Below are positions 56,881-64,000 of a DNA stretch of 64,000 bases, one piece after another; within the stretch, counting starts at the first letter, position 1, and each line of letters starts with the position of its first letter. Made by a program: the position numbers and the translations under genes. The notes beneath the pieces are model-generated. The model made no database searches. It was given only the letters and a program-made list of their open reading frames with translations, and was not told the origin of the DNA. Source of the DNA: Desulfobacterales bacterium (GTDB taxonomy: Bacteria; Desulfobacterota; Desulfobacteria; Desulfobacterales; UBA5616). The stretch lies in NCBI GenBank assembly GCA_046483495.1, contig JAWODC010000044.1, forward strand, positions 32,001-96,000, given 5' to 3'.

Positions 56881-57633
56881 CTATTCCCCTGTTGCCGACT
56901 TTTGTTCCGATATCATTTTTTCCACCCGTTGAATATCCTGGGGCAAATCCACTTCAGGTGAATCATGCGGCGTCACCACGACCTTTATTCGATGACCATA
57001 TTCAAGGGCCCGTAACTGCTCCAGTTTTTCCACCCGTTCCAAGATTCCTTCCGGCAGGCTTCTGAACATTTCCAGAAACCTCCGGGTGTAAGCGTAAAAC
57101 CCCAAATGTTTATGGGTGTCGAATTCGAGCCCGGGATTTCTTGAAAATGGAATGGGGGACCTCGAAAAATAAAGGGCATATCCGTTCATATCGAAGGTGA
57201 CTTTTACATCCTTGGGGTTTTCGATTTCCGATTTATCGGTGGTGCGATAAGCCAGGGTGGCCATTTCGAGGCCGGGCTCCGTGAAAAACGGCGTTGTCAG
57301 ATCGTTTATACAGTCCGGATGCAGAAGCGGCTGGTCACCTTGTATGTTGATGACGATGTCGTCCATGTGCGCCCCCGCTTTCTCAGCGGCTTCCGCCACC
57401 CGGTCCGTTCCCGACCGGTTTTTGGATGATGTCAACATGGCATGCCCGCCAAACGTTTTCACCGCCGCCACAATTCTGTCATCATCAGTCGCAACGATCA
57501 CATCCGATAAGACCGGACGGGTCTGCGTCACCCGTTCATAAACCCATTGAATCATCGGTTTTCCCATGATGGCGGCAAGCGGTTTGCCTTCGAATCGGGA
57601 CGATTCGTACCGTGCCGGAATGATTGCGATCAT
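56881..57633 (-). CDS. kdsB: 3-deoxy-manno-octulosonate cytidylyltransferase
   Basis: IIPARYESSRFEGKPL, SGTDR, NIQGDQP, YFSRSPIP, EKLEQLRAL. Confidence 0.97.
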   Translation of the reverse strand: MIAIIPARYESSRFEGKPLAAIMGKPMIQWVYERVTQTRPVLSDVIVATDDDRIVAAVKTFGGHAMLTSSKNRSGTDRVAEAAEKAGAHMDDIVINIQGDQPLLHPDCINDLTTPFFTEPGLEMATLAYRTTDKSEIENPKDVKVTFDMNGYALYFSRSPIPFSRNPGLEFDTHKHLGFYAYTRRFLEMFRSLPEGILERVEKLEQLRALEYGHRIKVVVTPHDSPEVDLPQDIQRVEKMISEQKSATGE

Positions 57634-57793
57634 TTCAATGCCCTCGTAAGTGATGCAGCGGTTTCATCGTGAAAAACCCGATTCGAAATGACGAAGCCGC
57701 TGTTGCGGAAATGATTTGATTCTTTTCTCGAGATTATCTATGTTGCCCAAAAAACCTACTCACGCATGTTGAATCCCGAAAAGGAACGCATCT

Positions 57794-58543
57794 ATGAATC
57801 ACGACGCATTGGTCAAACTGTTGTACAGGGTCGCACAAGGGCATCTTACCGTACCGGATGCAGCCGAACGCCTGTCGAACTTGGCCGTCGAAGATATCGA
57901 TTACGCACATATAGACCATCACCGATCGCTGCGCAAGGGATTTCCAGAAGTGATATTCGGTGAAGGCAAAACAGCCGAGCAGATCATCGGCATCATGGAA
58001 AAAATTTCAATCCAGGAAAATGTCGTTTTGGTAACCCGTGTGGATGGTGACAAGGGTGAGGCGGTTCTCCGTTGTTTTCCCCAGGCCGTCTATCATTCCG
58101 ATGCCGGGATGCTGGTGCTCGAACATGAAAAACAGGCAAAAACAGGACGGGGCGAGATCGTGGTGGTCTCCGCGGGGACTTCCGACATTCCTGTTGCCAA
58201 GGAAGCTTTTCTCACAGCGGATGCCATGGGGAATTCCGTATCGACGGTTTTCGACGTCGGTGTCGCCGGAATTCACCGCTTGTTCCGACACAAATCCCTC
58301 CTGGAAAACGCCTCGGTGCTGATCGTGGTGGCGGGCATGGAAGGGGCTCTTCCCAGTGTCGTGGCCGGGCTTGTCAAGAGTCCGGTTATCGCCGTGCCCA
58401 CCAGCATTGGATACGGCGTCAGCTTTGGGGGGTTGACGGCGTTGTTTTCGATGTTGAACAGTTGCAGTTCAAACGTGGCGGTGGTAAACATCGACAATGG
58501 TTTCGGTGCCGGGTATATGGCCTCCGTGATAAACCATATCTAA
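57794..58543 (+). CDS. larB: Nickel-pincer cofactor biosynthesis protein LarB
   Basis: GFPEVIFGEGKT, AGTSDIPVA, DVGVAGIHRL, AGMEGAL, PTSIGYG, VNIDNGFGA. Confidence 0.93.
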   Translation: MNHDALVKLLYRVAQGHLTVPDAAERLSNLAVEDIDYAHIDHHRSLRKGFPEVIFGEGKTAEQIIGIMEKISIQENVVLVTRVDGDKGEAVLRCFPQAVYHSDAGMLVLEHEKQAKTGRGEIVVVSAGTSDIPVAKEAFLTADAMGNSVSTVFDVGVAGIHRLFRHKSLLENASVLIVVAGMEGALPSVVAGLVKSPVIAVPTSIGYGVSFGGLTALFSMLNSCSSNVAVVNIDNGFGAGYMASVINHI

Positions 58544-58555
58544 TCGAGTTAATTT

Positions 58556-58891
58556 CTATATGTTTTTGCTCCAGCCGCCGACAAGATGGAGATGCAGATG
58601 AAATATGATCTGCCCTCCCCCTCTTTCCACATTGAACAGTAGTTTGTATCCGGATTCGGCGATGCCGACCCGCCTCGCCGTTTCCTTACCCGTTTCAATC
58701 ATCTTCGAAACGATTGGGTTGTCATCCGCCGTCAAATCATTGATACTGCGAATGTGCTTTCTCGGAACGATGAGCATATGGACCGGCGCCTGGGGATGGA
58801 TATCCTTAAAAACCACGACAGTGTCGTTTTTCAGTACGTAATCCGCCGGTCTTCTGCCGCTGATGATGTCGCAAAAAATACAATCCGTCAT
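58556..58891 (-). CDS. Histidine triad (HIT/HinT) nucleotide-binding protein
   Basis: DCIFC, DIHPQAP, HLHLH; ATGA overlap with aat. Confidence 0.93.
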   Translation of the reverse strand: MTDCIFCDIISGRRPADYVLKNDTVVVFKDIHPQAPVHMLIVPRKHIRSINDLTADDNPIVSKMIETGKETARRVGIAESGYKLLFNVERGGGQIIFHLHLHLVGGWSKNI

Positions 58892-59595
58892 GGCTGAAAC
58901 CTCCTCGAAGACGACGGCCGTATCCATCGCCCTTTTAGCGTGGGAGACTGCAATGACTTTTGAAGCTGCTGCAAAAAAAGCTTTCTTGGTATTTCCCGCG
59001 CCCCGAATCGTTTGAGATGGGCCGTGGGAATCTGGCAGTCGATCATACTGAAGTCAAGGGCTTTGAGAAACGCGACCAGGTGATAAAAAGCGACTTTCGA
59101 TGCATTGCTCACCCGGGTAAACATGGATTCACCGAAAAACGATCTTCCCAGTGAAACCCCGTAAAGGCCGCCGGAAAGTTGGTCATCATACCAGGCCTCC
59201 ACGCTGTGCGCGTAACCCTCCCGGTGCAGGTGGATATACGCCGTCATCATGTCGTCGGTAATCCAGGTTTGGCTGCGGGTGAATGATCGAATTTCGGCAC
59301 AGGAATGGATGACGTCTTCAAACGCCGTATCCATGGTGACGTGGAATTTTTTTTCCCTTACGATTTTCCGGAGACTCTTCGAAGGGGTGAATTCGTGCAA
59401 ATACAAAACGAGTCTCGGATCCGGAGACCACCATAAGATGGGCTCCCCTTCCATATACCAGGGGAAAATACCGTTTTCATAGGCGGCAAGCAGGCGATCC
59501 TTTTCGAGATCTCCGCCCACGGCGAGCAGCCCGCCTTCTTCGGCAAGGTAGGGCGGTGGAAATTGATGTTTATCCGACAAATAGAAAACCGGCAT
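58888..59595 (-). CDS. aat: Leucyl/phenylalanyl-tRNA--protein transferase
   Basis: GLLAVGGDL, GIFPW, WWSPDPR, TWI, AHSVE, FFGESMF, ASKVA, IDCQ. Confidence 0.97.
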   Translation of the reverse strand: MPVFYLSDKHQFPPPYLAEEGGLLAVGGDLEKDRLLAAYENGIFPWYMEGEPILWWSPDPRLVLYLHEFTPSKSLRKIVREKKFHVTMDTAFEDVIHSCAEIRSFTRSQTWITDDMMTAYIHLHREGYAHSVEAWYDDQLSGGLYGVSLGRSFFGESMFTRVSNASKVAFYHLVAFLKALDFSMIDCQIPTAHLKRFGAREIPRKLFLQQLQKSLQSPTLKGRWIRPSSSRRFQP

Positions 59596-59631
59596 TCAGA
59601 TATTCTTGACGATCTGCTCAACAACCGTATC

Positions 59632-59820
59632 GGATGCTTCGAACGTAAACGGGCGAGCTGATGAGAGAGAGACGCTTGCGGCGGGCGGGGATAACCCAGC
59701 CCTAACACAGACCCCCAAAAAGCGGCGGAATCGGGAAATGGGGCGGGTATAAATTCCGCCCCTACGGGTCCCCCTAAACGCGGGGGCATCCTCTCATCGG
59801 TTCACCTTCCAGGGTCATCC
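59632..59820. other. ~190-nt structured intergenic element containing a GTAG-type REP
   Basis: Outer ggatg/catcc; 17-bp stem 59651-59667 with 59791-59807; REP hairpin at 59740-59765. Confidence 0.55.
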
Positions 59821-59832
59821 TCATTTTTAACC

Positions 59833-59876
59833 GAGTCCGTCCGGAAACGGAAAAATTCAATTTCCGGATGGGCGCT
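59833..59876. repeat. Internally deleted copy of the 36442-36583 element, just after the clpA stop
   Basis: gtccgtccggaaa..tttccggatgggc hairpin carrying both element ends. Confidence 0.65.
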
Positions 59877-59878
59877 GA

Positions 59879-62128
59879 CTATTTAATATTTCGAAATCTG
59901 AACGTCAGGCGGTCTTTCGTCATCCCTATGGACACCTTGCCGCCTTTCACCAATTCACCGAACAGAATCTTATCGGACAGCACATCTTTAATCTCCGTTT
60001 GAATGACGCGCGCCAGCGGCCTGGCACCGTACCGTGGATCATACCCTTTTCGGGCCAGCCAGGTACGTACTTTGTCGGAAATGGACAGGCTGACATTTTT
60101 TGCCGCCAACTGGGTGTTGAGTTCCTTCATAAACTTATTGACGATCTGCTTCATGATCTGCAGATTCAGGGCATTGAAATAAATAATGCCGTCCAACCGG
60201 TTTCTGAATTCCGGATTGAACAGGTTTTCAATGGCTTTTTTCCCCTTATCTTCGGCATGAACCGTAGTGGCTTTTCCGAAGCCGATGCTCTGGCTGCTCA
60301 TTTCCCGTGCACCGGCATTGGACGTCATCATAACGATAACATTTCTGAAGTCGGCTTTTTTGCCGTTGTTATCCGTCAAGGTGGCGTGGTCCAGCACCTG
60401 AAGAAGAATATTGAACAGGTCGGGATGCGCCTTCTCTATTTCATCGAGAAGCAAAACGCTGTATGGATGTTTTCGGATTTCATCGGTCAACAGACCACCC
60501 TGTTCGAACCCGATATAGCCCGGCGGCGCCCCGATAAGTCGAGCCACGGCATGCTTTTCCATATACTCGCTCATATCGAACCGAATAAACTGCACCCCGA
60601 GGTTCGCGGCCACTTGTTTTGCAACTTCGGTTTTTCCGACACCTGTCGGGCCGGTGAATAGAAACGAACCGATGGGCTTTCCCGGTGTCGCCAACCCGGC
60701 TCTGGATCGCTTTATGGCGGTTACCAGTGACGCTATAGCGGTGTCCTGACCGAAGACCACCGATTTCAACCGGCTCTCAAGGCTTTCCAGTTTCGACTTA
60801 TCCGATGTGGACACGCTGACGGTTGGAATTTTCGCCATTCTCGAGACAATTTTTTCGATATCCGACGGGTGAATGCGCTTGCGCCTTGATTCCCCATACA
60901 GCGTAATATAGGCGCCGGCCTCGTCGATAACATCGATGGCCTTGTCCGGAAGGTAACGATCATTGATGTATTTCGCTGAAAGTTCCGCCGCAGCGAATAA
61001 GGCCGATTCGGTGTATTCAATATTGTGGTGCTCCTCGTACCTTGATTTAAGGCCCTTTAAAATATCGACGGTTTCTTCCACCGGCGGTTCTGAAATTTCA
61101 ATTTTTTCAAACCGCCTGGACAGCGCCCGGTCTTTTTCAAAATGGTTTTTGTACTCTTCATACGTTGTCGATCCGATACAGCGAATTTCACCCGATGCCA
61201 ATACGGGCTTTAAAATATTGGACGCATCCATCGAGCCGCTGCTGGTCGCCCCGGCACCGACGATCGTATGTATTTCATCGATAAACAGTATGGCATCTTT
61301 CCGCATTTTGAGTTCGGTAATGACATTTTTCAGGCGCTGTTCGAAATCGCCTCTGAATTTCGTACCGGCAAGGAGGGCGCCCAGGTCCAGGGACAAAATG
61401 CGGATGTCTTTCAACGGTTCCGGTGCTTCCCCCCTGCAGATTTTTTGGGCAAGCCCCTCGGCAAGTGCCGTTTTCCCCACGCCGGGATCCCCGACGAACA
61501 CGGGGTTGTTTTTCCGTCTTCGGCATAAGACCTGCAAGGTTCTCTGCATCTCATGCGATCTTCCGATCAGCGGGTCCAACATTCCGTAATATGCCAGCTC
61601 CACCAGGTCCGTGGTATACTGCATCAGTGCATCCGATTTTTTCTTCGCAACCCCCGACTGGACCCGGGGTGATTCACCGGGATCCTGCCGGTGCCTGCCG
61701 TTTGAGACCCTGTGAGAGATGTAATTGAGCACATCGAGCCGGGTTACCCCTTCCGCTCTTAGAAAATAAGCGGCATGAGATTCCTTTTCCTGAAAAATGG
61801 ATGCCAGAATATCACCGATGGTGACCTCGTTCTTTTCGGCGGAACGTACGTGATTGACGGCCCGCTGTATCACCCGCTGAAAAGCGACGGTTTGTTGAAG
61901 CACATAGTCATTGCCCTCGGGAATGGTGTCTATCCGCTGTTCCAGATAGTTTTCGATGGAATGTGCCAATCGCTCGACATTTCCGCCGCAGGTTTCGATG
62001 ATGTCCACACCCGAATTTTCATTGAGAATAGCGAACAGCATGTGTTCGACACAAACGTATTCATGGCGCCGTCGTTTTGCCTCTTTCACGGCAAACCCCA
62101 ATGTGGCGCTGAGTTCTTTACTTATCAT
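59879..62128 (-). CDS. clpA: ATP-dependent Clp protease ATP-binding subunit ClpA
   Basis: GDPGVGKT, FIDEIH, GPTGVGKT, DMSEY, PPGYIG, IGF loop, GARPL; follows clpS. Confidence 0.97.
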   Translation of the reverse strand: MISKELSATLGFAVKEAKRRRHEYVCVEHMLFAILNENSGVDIIETCGGNVERLAHSIENYLEQRIDTIPEGNDYVLQQTVAFQRVIQRAVNHVRSAEKNEVTIGDILASIFQEKESHAAYFLRAEGVTRLDVLNYISHRVSNGRHRQDPGESPRVQSGVAKKKSDALMQYTTDLVELAYYGMLDPLIGRSHEMQRTLQVLCRRRKNNPVFVGDPGVGKTALAEGLAQKICRGEAPEPLKDIRILSLDLGALLAGTKFRGDFEQRLKNVITELKMRKDAILFIDEIHTIVGAGATSSGSMDASNILKPVLASGEIRCIGSTTYEEYKNHFEKDRALSRRFEKIEISEPPVEETVDILKGLKSRYEEHHNIEYTESALFAAAELSAKYINDRYLPDKAIDVIDEAGAYITLYGESRRKRIHPSDIEKIVSRMAKIPTVSVSTSDKSKLESLESRLKSVVFGQDTAIASLVTAIKRSRAGLATPGKPIGSFLFTGPTGVGKTEVAKQVAANLGVQFIRFDMSEYMEKHAVARLIGAPPGYIGFEQGGLLTDEIRKHPYSVLLLDEIEKAHPDLFNILLQVLDHATLTDNNGKKADFRNVIVMMTSNAGAREMSSQSIGFGKATTVHAEDKGKKAIENLFNPEFRNRLDGIIYFNALNLQIMKQIVNKFMKELNTQLAAKNVSLSISDKVRTWLARKGYDPRYGARPLARVIQTEIKDVLSDKILFGELVKGGKVSIGMTKDRLTFRFRNIK

Positions 62129-62132
62129 TTCC

Positions 62133-62441
62133 TTATTCCTTTTCCATAACGCATTTCAATGGAAAGCCGTTTTCCCTGGCAAGGGAATGAACCATATCCA
62201 CTTTGGTTTCGGCAACCTCAAACGGATAAACACCGCAAATTCCTAATCCGCTTCGGTGAACGTTCAACATAATGGCAATGGCCTCATCACTTTTTTTGTG
62301 GAAAACATACCGGAGGATCTCCACGACAAACTCCATTGTAGTATAATCGTCATTCAACAGCATCACTTTGTAAAAAGGCGGTTCGTCCACTTGCTGTTGG
62401 ACTTCCGTCTCTTCCCCCACCTGGGGCTTTTCATGTGCCAT
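62133..62441 (-). CDS. clpS: Clp protease adaptor ClpS
   Basis: YKVMLLNDDYTTMEFVV, MLNVH, AETK, FPL. Confidence 0.97.
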   Translation of the reverse strand: MAHEKPQVGEETEVQQQVDEPPFYKVMLLNDDYTTMEFVVEILRYVFHKKSDEAIAIMLNVHRSGLGICGVYPFEVAETKVDMVHSLARENGFPLKCVMEKE

Positions 62442-62473
62442 TTGAGCATATCCCCGGCAAACACCATATTTTT

Positions 62474-62502
62474 ATTGAAATGCATAGCTGCATTCCTGTC
62501 AA
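62474..62502 (-). promoter_or_regulatory. Putative clpS promoter with palindrome in the spacer
   Basis: Minus strand TTGACA-N17-TTCAAT; AATGCA-N4-TGCATT at 62479-62494. Confidence 0.45.
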
Positions 62503-62613
62503 TTTAATTAAATTATAATCATTCAAGACGACCTTTGTAAAGGGCATAATGAATGCACATCTACAGAAGCGCATGCATATTCAAAGACGCCGGCCACCTG
62601 CGGCTGCGGCTTT

Positions 62614-64000
62614 TTATCTGCCACAGCATTTTTTATACTTTTTGCCGCTTCCGCAGGGGCATGGATCGTTTCTGCCGACTTTTTTGTTCGATCGTTTGGC
62701 CGGCGTTTTTTTTTGGCTTTCTCCATCCCCGCCGCCGCCGGAATACACCAGGTTTTGCTGTTGAGGCCGTTTTTGAATCGTGTCCACCTCCTCGGGCTTT
62801 GCCACTTCGATCCTGTAGAGGATGCCGATGGTTTCTTCTTTGATGCGTTCGATCATATCGGCAAACAGCTCGAACCCCTCTTTCTTGTATATCAACAGCG
62901 GATTTTGCTGGGCATATCCGCGAAGGCCTATCCCCTCTTTTAAATGATCCATGCTCAACAAATGATCTTTCCAGAGGGCGTCGACCGTCTGCAGCATAAC
63001 CATTCTTTCCAAGTGCCGCATCTGTTCCGGACCGATGGTTTTTTCCTTCTCATCGTATTTTTCATATGCCCGCTCGATGAGCAGATCAACCAAACCTTCA
63101 CTGTCGAGCCCATCCAGCGTATCGTTATCGAAGTGATCCAATTGAAATCCGAATTGTTTGAAAAAGGCCTGGCGTATTCCATCCCAGTCCCAATCCGCCG
63201 CAGGTGTTCGGTCATCCGGATACGGTTCGATAATGATCCGGCTTCTGTCCTCGATCATCTCTTTGATGGTCGATTTCAAATCAGCGCCGGTCAATGCCTC
63301 TCTCCGCTGGCGGTAAATGACCTCACGCTGCTGGTTCATCACGTCATCATACTCGATGAGGTGTTTTCGTATATCGAAATTGTGCGCTTCCACTTTCGCC
63401 TGGGCGTTCTCAACCGCCCTGCTGATGAGATTGTGCTCGATGGGTTCCCCGTCTTCCATGCCCAATCGCTCCATAATACCGGTGATTCGCTCGCCGCCGA
63501 AGATGCGAAGAAGATCATCCTCGAGTGCCATATAAAAACGCGAAGATCCGGGGTCTCCCTGCCTGCCTGAGCGACCCCTCAACTGATTGTCGATTCGTCT
63601 GGATTCATGACGCTCTGTTCCCAGGATGTGAAGACCGCCGAGTTCGGTGACACCTTCACCCAGCACGATATCCGTCCCCCTTCCAGCCATGTTGGTTGAA
63701 ATGGTAACCGCCCCTTTCTGACCGGCCATGGAAACAATTTCCGCTTCCTTCTGATGATTTTTTGCATTCAGGACTTCATGGGGGACGCCTCTTTTGCTCA
63801 ATTTTTTGCTCAGGCTTTCCGATACGTCAATCGAAATGGTGCCCACGAGCACCGGTTGTCCCTTTCGATTCAGGGACACGATTTCATCGAGTGCCGCCTC
63901 GTATTTTTCGCGTTTGGTTTTATAGATCACATCCGAAAAATCGTTACGAATCATGGGCTTGTTCGTGGGAATAACCATGACATCGAGATCATAGATCTTT
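62614..64000 (-). CDS. secA: Preprotein translocase SecA (C-terminal part; 5' end outside window)
   Basis: [38 protein letters not shown] motif [19 protein letters not shown]. Confidence 0.98.
   Translation of the reverse strand, partial: KIYDLDVMVIPTNKPMIRNDFSDVIYKTKREKYEAALDEIVSLNRKGQPVLVGTISIDVSESLSKKLSKRGVPHEVLNAKNHQKEAEIVSMAGQKGAVTISTNMAGRGTDIVLGEGVTELGGLHILGTERHESRRIDNQLRGRSGRQGDPGSSRFYMALEDDLLRIFGGERITGIMERLGMEDGEPIEHNLISRAVENAQAKVEAHNFDIRKHLIEYDDVMNQQREVIYRQRREALTGADLKSTIKEMIEDRSRIIIEPYPDDRTPAADWDWDGIRQAFFKQFGFQLDHFDNDTLDGLDSEGLVDLLIERAYEKYDEKEKTIGPEQMRHLERMVMLQTVDALWKDHLLSMDHLKEGIGLRGYAQQNPLLIYKKEGFELFADMIERIKEETIGILYRIEVAKPEEVDTIQKRPQQQNLVYSGGGGDGESQKKTPAKRSNKKVGRNDPCPCGSGKKYKKCCGR

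Noticed and set aside
57655..57702. Imperfect hairpin cagcggtttc.../...gaagccgctg between kdsB and larB
   Set aside because: Single weak stem with no second copy or functional signature.
59632..59820. 6S RNA
   Set aside because: Length fits, but the interior is GC-rich REP hairpins rather than an open central bubble, and the context is not the usual one. Left as unassigned structure.

Overview
Mostly core-chromosome sequence of roughly balanced GC content, probably from a Desulfobacterota (Desulfobacterales-like) bacterium; the taxonomy is inferred from gene content and style only. About 53 CDS can be supported. They cover DNA repair (recB partial, recD, uvrB, uvrC, uvrA, xseAB, an SplB-like radical SAM enzyme, a MrfA/Hrq1-type helicase fused to a DEDD exonuclease), isoprenoid and envelope synthesis (ispF, dxs, ispA, glmM, an atypical GlmU-like protein, kdsB, manA), translation and proteostasis (cysS, EF-G2, efp, tlyA, clpS-clpA-aat, secA partial, an atypical Hsp70), and purine/queuosine genes (purC, guaA, queE, queC). 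I found no rRNA, tRNA, CRISPR array, transposase or integrase. The best leads are: (1) a queE-queC-hypothetical operon followed by a protein that looks like an ARMT1/DUF89 phosphatase fused to a nucleoside-deoxyribosyltransferase-fold domain; (2) a TPR-MglA-DUF4388/cNMP-PilZ signalling cassette with no adjacent MglB; (3) a purC-ParB-like-SplB-like operon; (4) DUF2760 looking like a membrane-anchored GrpE beside a giant Hsp70; (5) a ~142-bp palindromic element with three remnant copies, plus two REP-rich structured intergenic regions. All family assignments come from motif recognition by eye; no database search was run.
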